Shown here in pieces: positions 18,538 through 29,208 of a stretch of DNA of 64,000 bases. Within the stretch, counting starts at the first letter, position 1, and every line of letters begins with the position of its first letter. Source of the stretch: Pseudomonadota bacterium. GTDB taxonomy: Bacteria; Bdellovibrionota_C; UBA2361; OMII01. The stretch lies in assembly GCA_038134595.1 (NCBI GenBank), contig JAYPVM010000012.1, positions 16,332 through 80,331 on the forward strand, written 5' to 3'. The notes beneath the pieces are model-generated. The model worked only from the letters and a program-made list of their open reading frames with translations, was not told the DNA's origin and searched no databases. The position numbers and the translations under genes are program-made.

Positions 18538-18570
18538 GTAAGGATCATATCAAAACGTTTTGCAGTCTCG

Positions 18571-18813
18571 TTACTCTTTTACCTCAGATTCATCTGAAGG
18601 CTCGCTCGCTTCCGTTGCACCCATATCAGGAATCGCCAAAGGATGTAGTGCCCCGCTCGCCCTTAGCTTCTCTTCCTCAGTAAGAAGAATCAACACTACA
18701 GGAAGACTTGTCGTCTCAATCATCGCCGTACACTTATTACGCTCAGCATAGCTATCCAGAAGCCATTGAAAATCGGGATCGCCAACCTCATGAGAAAAAA
18801 TTGCTCGTGTCAT
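18571..18813 (-). CDS. Hypothetical protein
   Basis: 80-aa ORF with strong GGAGGAG RBS upstream and an acidic tail. Confidence 0.6.
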   Translation of the reverse strand: MTRAIFSHEVGDPDFQWLLDSYAERNKCTAMIETTSLPVVLILLTEEEKLRASGALHPLAIPDMGATEASEPSDESEVKE

Positions 18814-19573
18814 AACTACTCCTCCATGAGTACCTATCTAATGTGAGGGTTGTGGTTTGTCCTGAGTACTGTAGCTTGCAGACCAACCAATTCCCTTTAC
18901 GCACAGCCTGTAGAGAATCCATTCTCTACGCAGGCACAGACCACCACCTGACAGAGTGCGCTCTTATATGTCGCTGGTGCCACTCTGTGCATATATGTGG
19001 ATTCGACGAGCTGGCACTAATACTTGAGGGGCTATTATCAGGAGTTCTTCGGGTATTTAAGTTTTCCGCAAGAAGGCAGCGCCCCATTAGAGCCTAAGAA
19101 AATCTGGCAATAGGCACTCAACCATATAGAAATACAGCAGAAAAACCAGCATCTGAACACAACACCGCCGCTAGTGACAATTGCATCGAAGCGGACGTTT
19201 TAGTAAAACGCGTTTCTACTTGTAAATTTGGGTGGGTGTTTATCTCAATAACAGCCGACCTAACCACTCTTTTTTAAGGCAGTTAATGCGCCCCCTCCCT
19301 TGAGAATTATTCCGCTCACCCGTACACTACCGCCCATGGCGATTTTAGAATCGAGGCCAGTTTATCGGAGAATGCCTCGGTTGTTTTTGTAAGGGAACAG
19401 TGAGAGAAGCCTCTCGTTCCTGCCTCGTAGAAAGCTCAAAGGGGCACACGATAAGGCTCGTGTTGGATGCAAGGCACCCTCTCGAAATTGCGATAGATGC
19501 GTCGAGTGTAAAGAACCCTGCCGCCGACTGTGAAAACGAGGTGCAAGAGGGCGCAAGAGACAGTTTTTGATTA

Positions 19574-20824
19574 ATGAACACAGCAGTAACTCCAGTTCTT
19601 TTCGAACAAGAACAACATACAATTGAAAAATACGACATCGATGATGACGCCCGAAAGATCGTCTATCGACTCCAACGCGCTGGCTTTAAAGCGTACGTCG
19701 TCGGAGGTGGGGTGCGAGATCTTCTGCTGGGAAAAACACCAAAAGACTTTGACATATCAACCGACGCCTCGCCGGGGCAGATCAAATCTCTTTTTCGAAA
19801 CTGTCGCATCATTGGAAGGCGCTTTAAACTTGCGCATATCTTTTTTGCTCGGGGGAAAATCATTGAAGTCTCTACTTTTCGAGATTCAATAGAAGCGCCC
19901 GACAGTGGCGACAATCTAGCGGGTCCAATCAAAAACGACAATCTATACGGCACCGAAGAAACAGATGCCATTCGAAGAGATTTGACGATCAATGGGTTAT
20001 TCTTAGATGTCTCGACGATGACTGTTATTGATTACGTCAACGGAATGCACGATCTGCATCAGGGAATTGTTCGGATTATCGGAGATCCAACAACCCGCTT
20101 CACAGAAGATCCTGTGCGAATGCTTCGTGCTGTGCGCCATGCGGCTCGAAGCGGCTTCCGAATTGATGAAACATGTTGGAAGGCGATTATCGATAACGCG
20201 GCACTTCTCACGCAGAGTTCACAGGTCAGAGTTTTTGATGAATTGCGAAAAGATGTAAGCTCTGGATGTTTCTTGTCGATCTTATCGCTCTTAGGTGACA
20301 CGGGGCTCCTTGAGTTTATTTTGCCCGAGTTATTAGAAAACAACGGCCGACTACTCTCTGCAGAGAGTGATTTTAGCCTCTGTCTTGAGCGAATCGATGA
20401 CATGGTACAGAACGGCGTCGAGATGTCGGCTACTACGGTTCTGGCAATTATCGCGTTGTTTATCTCCGGAGATTCAATTTGGCTCCGTGATTTAGTCGAG
20501 GATCTTGCTCGGAGCAAAGGGCTCGCCGAGCGACTCGATGACTGCTTTACATCACTGACCGTTCCTCGCAAAGAACGTGAACGAATCCTGATGCTCATTC
20601 AAAAATGGATCAAAATTCGCAACACCGATCCAAGTGTATTTCGAGCAGGCTCCTATAAACGGCTCACCCTTCTACCCGATTTACTCCTTCTCTTAGAAAT
20701 AACACAATTTACAAAAGAAGATGGCACGAGGCTTCAAATTCTAAAGTCTCTACTTGACTCAAACCAATCTGTACATAACCATCACAAGAAAACCAAAGGT
20801 TCTCGACGTATCAAACGAATGTAA
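19574..20824 (+). CDS. pcnB: Poly(A) polymerase I / polynucleotide adenylyltransferase
   Basis: [17 protein letters not shown], the PAP-type IGRRFKLAH signature, RRDLTIN and EDPVRMLRA. Confidence 0.88.
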   Translation: MNTAVTPVLFEQEQHTIEKYDIDDDARKIVYRLQRAGFKAYVVGGGVRDLLLGKTPKDFDISTDASPGQIKSLFRNCRIIGRRFKLAHIFFARGKIIEVSTFRDSIEAPDSGDNLAGPIKNDNLYGTEETDAIRRDLTINGLFLDVSTMTVIDYVNGMHDLHQGIVRIIGDPTTRFTEDPVRMLRAVRHAARSGFRIDETCWKAIIDNAALLTQSSQVRVFDELRKDVSSGCFLSILSLLGDTGLLEFILPELLENNGRLLSAESDFSLCLERIDDMVQNGVEMSATTVLAIIALFISGDSIWLRDLVEDLARSKGLAERLDDCFTSLTVPRKERERILMLIQKWIKIRNTDPSVFRAGSYKRLTLLPDLLLLLEITQFTKEDGTRLQILKSLLDSNQSVHNHHKKTKGSRRIKRM

Positions 20825-20834
20825 TCTCTTCTCT

Positions 20835-21563
20835 ATGACGACAAAGCTTTTCACCGACAACGTATCAAAGAGCTATGGCGGTCGAACCGTGGTGAAAGGT
20901 GTATCGATATCCGTTGGCGCTGGGGAGGTAGTGGGGCTTCTTGGACCAAATGGCGCCGGAAAAACGACGACATTTTATATGTGCGTTGGTCTCGCCGCCC
21001 CCGATTCCGGTGCGGTATACTTGGGAGAGCGTGATATTACAAAAGAGCCTATGTACTCGCGCGCGCGACTTGGCATTGGATACCTTCCTCAAGAGGCATC
21101 AGTGTTTCGAAAACTATCGGTGAGAGACAACATACTGGCTATCCTCGAGACTATGGATTTTTCTTCCGTTCACGACAGAGAGCATCGACTCCAAGAGCTA
21201 CTCGAAGAACTGGGAGTTTCCCACGTGCAAAATTCAATGGCGAGCGCTCTCTCTGGAGGAGAAAGGCGACGTGTCGAGATCAGTAGATGCTTAGCAAGAA
21301 ACCCCCAGTTTATACTTCTTGATGAACCCTTTGCCGGCATTGATCCGCTGGCAATTAAAGACATCCAAGACATCGTAGCGACTCTGCAAACTAAAGGAAT
21401 CGGTGTGCTCATAACAGATCACAACGTTCGGGAGACTCTGGGCATCTGCAATCGATCATACATTCTCGTAGACGGTTCGGTCCTTGAAGAGGGCACTCCG
21501 GAGCATATCGCCAATTCAGAGAAGGCACAGCGGTACTATTTAGGTGGTGATTTCTCACTGTAG
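20835..21563 (+). CDS. lptB: LPS export ABC transporter ATP-binding protein
   Basis: [52 protein letters not shown]; directly upstream of rpoN. Confidence 0.95.
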   Translation: MTTKLFTDNVSKSYGGRTVVKGVSISVGAGEVVGLLGPNGAGKTTTFYMCVGLAAPDSGAVYLGERDITKEPMYSRARLGIGYLPQEASVFRKLSVRDNILAILETMDFSSVHDREHRLQELLEELGVSHVQNSMASALSGGERRRVEISRCLARNPQFILLDEPFAGIDPLAIKDIQDIVATLQTKGIGVLITDHNVRETLGICNRSYILVDGSVLEEGTPEHIANSEKAQRYYLGGDFSL

Positions 21564-21613
21564 CGCGCCCTTAACCCACCAAAATCACACGGGATTCAAA
21601 AAGAACTTCAATG

Positions 21614-21629
21614 TGGGACGATTTTTGCA
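21614..21629 (+). promoter_or_regulatory. Candidate sigma54 (-24/-12) site upstream of rpoN
   Basis: TGGGACGATTTTTGCA: GG-N10-GC, one mismatch to TGGCACG-N4-TTGCW, about 100 nt before the rpoN ATG. Confidence 0.55.
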
Positions 21630-21729
21630 TATCTTTTTTGCACTTTCTTAGTCCCTCCCCCCCCTTTGTCGTCATCTATTAAAGATAGACGATGGTCAAC
21701 GGCGGCCACCATTTGGGAACAAACACGCT

Positions 21730-23193
21730 ATGGGTTTAGAGAACAGATTAGTGCAGAAAATGGGTCAATCGCTTACGATTACCCCCCAACTGCAGCAAGC
21801 TATTAAGTTGCTTCAACTCGGTCGCCTCGAGTATCAAGAAGCGATCGAAAAAGAGCTCTTAGAAAACCCATTTCTTGAAGAGGCGCAGGACGACCCGCAT
21901 TCGTCCTCGACCCCAAGCTCGCCGACAGATTCCCACGAACCATCCACCATGATGTCGGGACCACTCACCCAGGAATCATCACAAGAATCGAATGCAAAAG
22001 AGCCTTCCTCAGATTGGGACGATTACGCTGACTCCTTCACTGATTATCAGGGCTCTGCATCCTTAAAAAGCCACTCGAACTTTGAAGATAGGCAAATGCC
22101 TGAGGTGGTCTCCTCCAAAACAGAGTCGCTCGAAGAACACCTCCTACAACAAATGAGACTTCGTGATTTCACAAGGGATGACCTCATCATTGCACAGCAC
22201 ATAACCGGAAACCTCGACCGAGACGGTCACCTAGAATGCTCATACGAAGAGATTTCAGAATCGTCTGGCTACGAAGTGCAAGACGTTGCTGAGATAGCTG
22301 ACGTTCTTCGATTCCTCGATCCAGTGGGTTGTTGTACGCCGTGTCTTCAAACAAGCCTGTTAACGCAACTAGAATCACGTGGCTTGGCAGATGGCCTGGA
22401 ATCAAAGCTTATTTCTTCACATCTTGAAAGCTTAGAAAAACGCAAATACAACGCGATAGCCAAGTCTGAAAACGTTTCTTTGGAAGACATCTCCCGAGCA
22501 CTCAACACCATCAAAACACTCGAGCCCCGTCCTGGGCGAGGATATTCAGACGAAACCGTCCGATATGTTGTCCCCGACGCTTATGTCATTAAGGTAGCTG
22601 GAGACTTTGTCGTCACACTTAATGAGGATGGTATTCCTAAGCTCCAAATTAGCGCCACCTATTCCAACCTGCTCGAAAGTGGTGCTGGTACTTCAAAAGA
22701 AAACAAATCGTATTTAACCGAGCGCGCTCGAGCGGCATCATGGCTTATAAAAAGCATCCAACAACGCCAACAAACTATTTATCGGGTAACACAAAGTATC
22801 GTGAAATTTCAAAGAGCTTTCTTTGAACATGGAATTAGCCACCTTCGCCCCCTTGTTCTAAAAGATATCGCTGAAGATATCGGTATGCATGAATCCACTA
22901 TTAGCAGAATAACTACCGAGAAGTACGTTCACACGCCTCAAGGGATATTTGAGCTGAAGTTTTTCTTCTCTTCTGGAGTGAAAACTGCAGGTGGCTCCGA
23001 CATCTCCTCCTCATCAGTAAAAGAGCACATCAAAGATATCATTCAGGCTGAGTCCCCAAAAAATCCGATTAGTGACCAACAGATAGTTACGATACTAAAG
23101 GCCAAAAACATTAAAATTGCGCGACGAACAGTAGCCAAATATCGAGAGACCCTCGGAATCCTTTCGTCTTCACAACGTAAACAACTCCTCTAA
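21730..23193 (+). CDS. rpoN: RNA polymerase sigma-54 factor
   Basis: Gln/Leu-rich N-terminus TPQLQQAIKLLQL, HESTISR HTH and RpoN box ARRTVAKYRE. Confidence 0.97.
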   Translation: MGLENRLVQKMGQSLTITPQLQQAIKLLQLGRLEYQEAIEKELLENPFLEEAQDDPHSSSTPSSPTDSHEPSTMMSGPLTQESSQESNAKEPSSDWDDYADSFTDYQGSASLKSHSNFEDRQMPEVVSSKTESLEEHLLQQMRLRDFTRDDLIIAQHITGNLDRDGHLECSYEEISESSGYEVQDVAEIADVLRFLDPVGCCTPCLQTSLLTQLESRGLADGLESKLISSHLESLEKRKYNAIAKSENVSLEDISRALNTIKTLEPRPGRGYSDETVRYVVPDAYVIKVAGDFVVTLNEDGIPKLQISATYSNLLESGAGTSKENKSYLTERARAASWLIKSIQQRQQTIYRVTQSIVKFQRAFFEHGISHLRPLVLKDIAEDIGMHESTISRITTEKYVHTPQGIFELKFFFSSGVKTAGGSDISSSSVKEHIKDIIQAESPKNPISDQQIVTILKAKNIKIARRTVAKYRETLGILSSSQRKQLL

Positions 23194-23382
23194 ATTGTAG
23201 GGGCTTGTGGTGCGAAAATCTCTTACAGTCTAAATCTTTCGCTAAAACTTCAACAACAAACTATTATGTTATCCAGTAGAACATCCGAAGAGTTTCTTAG
23301 TGATGGCACGTCGCAAGGTACTACACAGATCAACGTCTCATAAACGGCATAGAATCGGGTCGCCAATCGTTATTCCTGATCA

Positions 23383-23430
23383 AGCCGCGCGCCTTTCACG
23401 GAGTTGGGCGCCTAGCTTTTTTTCTTTTTT
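23383..23430 (+). terminator. Possible intrinsic terminator in the rpoN-hpf spacer
   Basis: GCGCCT/GGGCGC stem (one G-U pair) followed by TTTTTTTCTTTTTT. Confidence 0.35.
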
Positions 23431-23570
23431 CGATGGTTTGTCTTTGCTTTTTAAAATTCAGCCCGATAACCTCATCCTAAACCAAGCAGGTGTAGTCATC
23501 TGCTGGTCGATGTGGTGCTCTTTTTTTCACTTTGGTAAAATAGAAACACTAGACTGTTACAGGAGGAATT

Positions 23571-23885
23571 ATGAGTGGAAATGAAAAAGCGGTACATGTA
23601 AACATCGCCTTCTTAAATATCGATGCAACCGATGCCCTCAAGCAGTATACGACCGATAAAGTCACACATTGTGTACAAAAATTTGCCCACCAGGACACAG
23701 AAGCACACGTAGTCCTTAAGGTAGAAAAAACTCGGCAAATAGCAGAGATTTCGATGCACCTCTCGGGGCATGATTTTGTTGTCAAAGAGGAGAGTACAGA
23801 TTTGTACGCCTCAATCGATAAACTTGCCAATTCGCTGACACAACAACTTCGAAAGCATAAAGAAAAGGTTACCAGTCACCATTGA
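23571..23885 (+). CDS. hpf: Ribosome hibernation promoting factor (short HPF/RaiA)
   Basis: TDALKQY…AHVVLKVEK…DLYASID…QLRKHKEK; AGGAGG RBS; follows rpoN. Confidence 0.92.
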   Translation: MSGNEKAVHVNIAFLNIDATDALKQYTTDKVTHCVQKFAHQDTEAHVVLKVEKTRQIAEISMHLSGHDFVVKEESTDLYASIDKLANSLTQQLRKHKEKVTSHH

Positions 23886-24808
23886 ACACCCACGGCAGCC
23901 TCTCAACGTATGATTCTTTAATTATCGTGGCCGGCCTTTCAGGGGCTGGCAAGTCTACCGCTATGCACCTACTATCAGATAGCGGTTACTATGTGGTCGA
24001 TAATTTACCTGTTGCTCTGCTCGACTCTTTCCTCTCGCTTGCCGAGCAACAGGAATTGCGATTCAAAAAAACAGCGCTGCTACTTGACATCAGCTCGGAA
24101 GACGACCAGGAAAAAGTCTTGCACATGCTGGGAGTCGGTTCGCAACGCCCCTCCAATGTACAACTCGTCTTTCTTGACGCTGACACAAGATCAATAACCA
24201 AGCGATACAGCGAAACTCGCCGTCCCCACCCTAACTTTGATCCAGAAGTTGACGCATCACTAGCTGACACCATTGAAAGAGAGCGAGTAGTACTCCAAAC
24301 CGTCAAGGAGACAGCGAATCTAATCCTCGACACTTCTGCATTTACTGTTCACTCTCTAAAGAGACATCTTCGCGATTTCTTACAAACGCTTGGAACGGTA
24401 TCAAAATGCACATTGCGTGTTAACTTTCTCTCTTTTGGATTTAAAAAAGGTGCCCCCATCGACTGCGACCTCATCGCAGATGTTCGCTTTCTCAAAAACC
24501 CGTATTTCGTAGAATCACTGCGAGAGCAAACTGGCAAGGATGCTCCGGTAAGGGATTATGTATTTGCATCATCAGATGCTTCGGCGTTTGTGGAGAAATA
24601 TGCGGCACTTCTTCAGTTTCTCCTTCCGCGCTACCAGTTTGAGGGCAAAGCATACCTTAATGTGGGTATCGGCTGTACTGGCGGACAACACCGTTCGGTT
24701 GCAATCGCTGAAGAACTCGCCAAAACCTTTGCGGGATCAGACTATCTGATAAGCATTCGCCACCGTGATGCCGTTTTTGCCGAGCCATCCGGCCCGATAA
24801 AGCCCTAA
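23882..24808 (+). CDS. rapZ: RNase adapter RapZ (YhbJ family P-loop protein)
   Basis: GLSGAGKS, VDNLP, RYSETRRPHP, SFGFKKG, DVRFLKNPY, IGCTGGQHRSV. TTG start overlaps the hpf stop. Confidence 0.95.
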   Translation: MNTHGSLSTYDSLIIVAGLSGAGKSTAMHLLSDSGYYVVDNLPVALLDSFLSLAEQQELRFKKTALLLDISSEDDQEKVLHMLGVGSQRPSNVQLVFLDADTRSITKRYSETRRPHPNFDPEVDASLADTIERERVVLQTVKETANLILDTSAFTVHSLKRHLRDFLQTLGTVSKCTLRVNFLSFGFKKGAPIDCDLIADVRFLKNPYFVESLREQTGKDAPVRDYVFASSDASAFVEKYAALLQFLLPRYQFEGKAYLNVGIGCTGGQHRSVAIAEELAKTFAGSDYLISIRHRDAVFAEPSGPIKP

Positions 24809-24877
24809 TTATACTTGTCAATGCTCTCTCGGTCGGAATATGCTGTAGCAGAATTATCAGCTACGGTGGAGGAGTAT

Positions 24878-26053
24878 ATGACCCTACAAGACTTTCTTTT
24901 CACTTCAGAATCGGTTGGTGAAGGACATCCAGACAAAATCGCCGACCAGATTAGTGACGCAATTCTCGATGAATTCATCGGAAACGATCGCTCCTCTCGT
25001 GTGGCGTGCGAAACGCTTGTCAAAAACGATGTCGTAATTCTCGCAGGTGAGGTCACATCAGCACACACTCCAAACTATGATCAGCTTGTTCGATCAGTTA
25101 TTCGAGACATCGGGTACAACGACCCTGCGATAGGATTTGATGCTCAGTCTTGCTCTGTGATGACTTTCATGAGTCAGCAATCTCATGACATCAGCATTGG
25201 AGTTACTGAAAACGAAGGACTACACAAGGAACAGGGTGCCGGAGACCAGGGACTTATGTTCGGTTTTGCGTGCGATGAAACGCCTGAGCTCATGCCGTTG
25301 CCGATATCTCTCTCCCACCACCTGATGCGCGCGCTATCGAAGGTTCGTCGTAGTGAACGTGGGACTTTTCTTCGACCAGATGCCAAAAGCCAAGTTTCCG
25401 TTTCATACAAAGATGGAAAACCATCTGCAGTCAAAACCGTTGTAATTTCAACCCAACACACCGACGATGTATCGTTAAATCAGCTTGAAGAATTTGTAGT
25501 AGAAGAGGTCATCAAGCGAGTTATTCCACAAGAGTATCTACTAGACTCTCCTCAATTCCTCATTAATCCAACGGGACGGTTTGTAGTAGGGGGCCCCGTG
25601 GGAGATTGTGGACTTACGGGCCGAAAGATAATCGTGGATACCTATGGAGGATACAGCCGTCACGGAGGAGGTGCATTCTCAGGAAAAGATCCGTCGAAAG
25701 TAGATCGCTCCGCCGCGTATGCCGCGCGGTATATCGCCAAGAACATCGTAGCAGCCGGACTAGCTTCAGCCTGCGAGGTGCAGTTGGCATACGCTATTGG
25801 AGTAGCCAAACCAGTATCTGTGTACATAAATACATTCGGCACCGGTAAGGTTTCCGAAGATACCATCTCGCGCGGTGTGCAAGAGGTATTTGAACTAACT
25901 CCGCGGGGCATCATCGATTCTCTAAATCTGTTAAAACCTCATTACCGACCAACGGCCGCTTACGGCCACTTCGGTAGAGAGCCAGGAAGCGATGGAAGCT
26001 TCTCGTGGGAACGAACAGACAAAATCGAAGCTCTTCAGCAGGCATGCGCATAG
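24878..26053 (+). CDS. metK: S-adenosylmethionine synthetase
   Basis: [58 protein letters not shown] before ATG 24878. Confidence 0.98.
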   Translation: MTLQDFLFTSESVGEGHPDKIADQISDAILDEFIGNDRSSRVACETLVKNDVVILAGEVTSAHTPNYDQLVRSVIRDIGYNDPAIGFDAQSCSVMTFMSQQSHDISIGVTENEGLHKEQGAGDQGLMFGFACDETPELMPLPISLSHHLMRALSKVRRSERGTFLRPDAKSQVSVSYKDGKPSAVKTVVISTQHTDDVSLNQLEEFVVEEVIKRVIPQEYLLDSPQFLINPTGRFVVGGPVGDCGLTGRKIIVDTYGGYSRHGGGAFSGKDPSKVDRSAAYAARYIAKNIVAAGLASACEVQLAYAIGVAKPVSVYINTFGTGKVSEDTISRGVQEVFELTPRGIIDSLNLLKPHYRPTAAYGHFGREPGSDGSFSWERTDKIEALQQACA

Positions 26054-26271
26054 TTTACGCCGCACACCTAGCGAAGTTCAGAAAGACTTTTTCTCATAGT
26101 CAGAATTCGTAAATAGCGTTAGCTATTAGCGCGATATTTGGAGACAGGCGTGTATCTTGTAGGATATATCCGACTTTTTTGGGCTTATATAAGTGGTAAG
26201 GCAAATTAATCCTTCTGCTCGTTTGCGAATTGCCGTACCCTCTATTAAATAAAATATTAGGCACTTAACTC

Positions 26272-27879
26272 ATGCAGCTTCTCCCTCATTTTCAGAAAAA
26301 TTCACTCCGATACGATCTCTCATCGGGCTTTGTTGTATTTCTGGTGGCTTTGCCACTCTGTCTTGGCATAGCTGTCGCCTCAGATGCCCCTCCCCTCTCG
26401 GGTCTTATCACTGGCATCTTGGGGGGAATCATAGTTTCGTGCCTCTCTGGTAGTGAGCTGGGGGTCAGTGGTCCGGCAGCGGGGCTTGTGGTAACCGTAA
26501 TTGCGGTTCAGGAAAAGCTTGGTGGCCTCGAAGGGCTTTTTGTCGCAGTAGCGCTATCGGGAATCCTCCAAATGGCTCTTGGTACAATTCGAGCGGGGCT
26601 TCTTGCAACGTTTTTTCCTTCAAGCGTCATTAAGGGCATGTTGGCTGGAATAGGAATCATAATTGCCTTCAAGCAATTTCCACACGCTATAGGATGGCGT
26701 GGAGAATTTAATCCAGAGGATGGCTTATTTTGTTTCCTTTCGTATTTTTGTTTGCATGGTCTGTACTCATCACTATGGGAACCGCACGCCAGTGTCAGTA
26801 TCACCGCAATTATCATCTCCACTGTCTCGGTGGCTCTTTTAATCGCGTGGGATCGCTTAAAGCAGGCAAACCAATCAAAATGGCTTGGTGTCATCCCAGG
26901 ACCCCTTGTTGTGGTGGCGTTTGGAATTGGCTTTAATTTTTTGATCTCAGTTGTTGTCCCCTCCATGGCTCTTACGGGAGCAAAGGGACAATTGGTTCAA
27001 ATCCCGGCTTTAAGCGGCCTCTCGGAGCTTCTATCCCAGGGTCCCCAGAACATACTCTCATGGCTTGGCAAACCTGCTGTTTGGCTTGCCGCCGCCACTA
27101 TCGCACTCATCGGTAGCGTTGAAACACTCTTGTGCCTTGAGGCAACTGACAAACTTGATCCGCTCAAGAGAATCTCCCGTCCTAACCGAGAACTTGTAGC
27201 GCAAGGGATCGGTAATATAACCGCCGGGCTCCTTGGCGGACTTCCTATGACATCGGTAATCGTGCGAAGTAGTGCCAACGTATACGCAGGTGCAAAATCG
27301 AGACTCTCGGGTGTTTTGCACGGTGTTTTTCTACTCTCAAGTCTTTTACTCATTCCGTCTTTATTAAATCTCATACCACTCGCATCGCTTGCGGCTATAC
27401 TTATTTTAATCGGATACAAATTAGCAGCTGCGAAGGTGATAAAAAGGGTCTGGCGCGATGGATACGATCAGTTTCTTCCCTTTATCGTCACAATAGCGGG
27501 GGTTGTTTTACTCGACTTGCTTTCAGGCGTTTTAATCGGAACGTGCTTTGGCTTGTGTGTAGTACTGGTGATGAACCACCACTCTGCTTTTAATGCGGTT
27601 CGAGATGACAACTACTTCTTCATCCGCTTTGCAAAGGATGTGACCTTTTTGCAGAAGATCGCCTTAAAGAGAACCCTTGCTCAATTGCCCAATGATGCGC
27701 AGGTAGTTATCGATGGAGGTGGTGCCATGTTTATTGACCACGATATTTTAGAGCTCATAGAAGACTTCAAAAAATCGGCTGTCACAAGGGGAATTAAGGT
27801 CGAACTGAGAAGTTTTCCTTCTGTGCGTTTTGATATTATGTCGGCCTTTTCATCAAGGAGAAAGCATGGACTCATATAA
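26272..27879 (+). CDS. SulP/SLC26 family anion (probably bicarbonate) transporter with C-terminal STAS-like region
   Basis: VFLVALPLCLGIA, VSGPAAGL, NRELVAQGIGN, GGLPMTSVIVRSSAN; overlaps the carbonic anhydrase gene. Confidence 0.93.
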   Translation: MQLLPHFQKNSLRYDLSSGFVVFLVALPLCLGIAVASDAPPLSGLITGILGGIIVSCLSGSELGVSGPAAGLVVTVIAVQEKLGGLEGLFVAVALSGILQMALGTIRAGLLATFFPSSVIKGMLAGIGIIIAFKQFPHAIGWRGEFNPEDGLFCFLSYFCLHGLYSSLWEPHASVSITAIIISTVSVALLIAWDRLKQANQSKWLGVIPGPLVVVAFGIGFNFLISVVVPSMALTGAKGQLVQIPALSGLSELLSQGPQNILSWLGKPAVWLAAATIALIGSVETLLCLEATDKLDPLKRISRPNRELVAQGIGNITAGLLGGLPMTSVIVRSSANVYAGAKSRLSGVLHGVFLLSSLLLIPSLLNLIPLASLAAILILIGYKLAAAKVIKRVWRDGYDQFLPFIVTIAGVVLLDLLSGVLIGTCFGLCVVLVMNHHSAFNAVRDDNYFFIRFAKDVTFLQKIALKRTLAQLPNDAQVVIDGGGAMFIDHDILELIEDFKKSAVTRGIKVELRSFPSVRFDIMSAFSSRRKHGLI

Positions 27880-28495
27880 GCGACTATTAATGGCAAACAA
27901 GGCCTGGGTACAAGAGAAGCTCAACCTTTCGCCGTCATTTTTTCAAGATACTGCGGACGAACAAAAGCCAGACTTTCTCTGGATTGGATGTTCCGATAGC
28001 CGTGTTCCCGCCGAGGAGATTACAGGCACGCAGCCGGGAGATATTTTTTCTCACCGTAATATCGCCAATCTCGTCAATCACACTGATTTTAATCTTCTAA
28101 GCGTTCTATCGTTTGCCGTCGAGTACCTGAAGGTCAAGCACGTTATCGTATGCGGTCATTATGGCTGCGGTGGCGTGAAAGCAGCTCTCTCAAAACATCG
28201 CTACGGAGTACTCGATGAATGGCTTCGACAGATTAAGGACGTGTACCACGACAATCGTGAGATTATTACCGCATGCGGCTCATTAGATGCTCAAACAGAT
28301 AAGCTTGTAGAGCTAAATATATACGAGCAAATAAAGAATCTCATGAAGACCAACATTATTCAAAAAGCATGGCACGAAGATAGGCGCCCTACTCTACACG
28401 GCTGGGTATATGGATTAAGTGATGGGTTGCTAAAAAGCCTGTACAAGGTAGACCCTGGCAGCCCGATTGAAGACATTTATCAGTTTCAGTTCTAG
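27866..28495 (+). CDS. can: Beta-class carbonic anhydrase
   Basis: WIGCSDSRVP, HRNIAN and CGHYGCGG zinc ligands; AAGGAG RBS before ATG 27866. Confidence 0.95.
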   Translation: MDSYKRLLMANKAWVQEKLNLSPSFFQDTADEQKPDFLWIGCSDSRVPAEEITGTQPGDIFSHRNIANLVNHTDFNLLSVLSFAVEYLKVKHVIVCGHYGCGGVKAALSKHRYGVLDEWLRQIKDVYHDNREIITACGSLDAQTDKLVELNIYEQIKNLMKTNIIQKAWHEDRRPTLHGWVYGLSDGLLKSLYKVDPGSPIEDIYQFQF

Positions 28496-28515
28496 TAAAA
28501 GGCTGTCTGTTAGTT

Positions 28516-28953
28516 TTATCGGTAGTAGTTTCCAAGTGTGTGGCCGTTGTAATGATACTCAGTGTTGTAATGCCACTGGTCACTCTCCATGGATTCATTC
28601 GTAATTTGGTCGCGAAGCCTCATAATCTCTTTTTGGCGCTCGTATAACTCTCGTTGATTCTCTTCAATAGTCGCCGCATTACGCTCCTGAACGCTCGGCT
28701 CGCTGTTGTAATCATATGCCGCCGCAATCGCTAGACCAACCGGAATCCCCACAGCCCCACCTAACAGAGCGCTTGCCGCTACATCTCCATTTGCGATAAG
28801 CGAACCAACGAGAGCTCCTGTTCCGGCCCCTGCGGCAACTCCTCCCGCTGCTCCGGTCGCCAAGGTGTCTGTATGAAAAGTGCTGCATCCTGTCGTGGTC
28901 GCTGCGATACTAAGTGAAATCAATCCGGCTAGAAGTGTTCGAGATATTGTCAT
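28516..28953 (-). CDS. Glycine-zipper lipoprotein with coiled-coil C-terminus
   Basis: Lipoprotein-type signal ending TTGC, then a GAAGGVAAGAGTGALVG…ALLGGAVG glycine zipper. Confidence 0.7.
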   Translation of the reverse strand: MTISRTLLAGLISLSIAATTTGCSTFHTDTLATGAAGGVAAGAGTGALVGSLIANGDVAASALLGGAVGIPVGLAIAAAYDYNSEPSVQERNAATIEENQRELYERQKEIMRLRDQITNESMESDQWHYNTEYHYNGHTLGNYYR

Positions 28954-29208
28954 AGTACTAGCTCATCGTTACGCATAAACTTTCTTAAGAATTCTTGACT
29001 TCAATCACTGTCTCCTTGCTTTCAAGGCAGGGATATGGACTAAAGCTACTCCTTCATATCGTTGTTTTAATCAAAACTGCTTCAGCCTATATTAAAATAT
29101 AGTGTTTTCAGCCGGTTAGGCGGCATGTTCTACCCAACCTGTCGAGCATCCCACGCTTTTGCAATCGAGGGCATTCTCAAAGCGAGGAAACGCATCTAAC
29201 CTAGTGTT

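Noticed and set aside
19340..19573. Purine-rich stretch before pcnB considered as RNase P RNA, tmRNA or 6S RNA
   Set aside because: It lacks GAGGAAAGTCC and tRNA-like ends; no family hallmark recognised.
23300..23584. 94-aa ORF and TGGCACG motif in the rpoN-hpf spacer
   Set aside because: The ORF runs through a T-tract, overlaps hpf and looks non-coding. The TGGCACG has no -12 GC element.
24809..24877. SAM riboswitch upstream of metK
   Set aside because: The gap is only about 70 nt and shows no SAM-I/II consensus.
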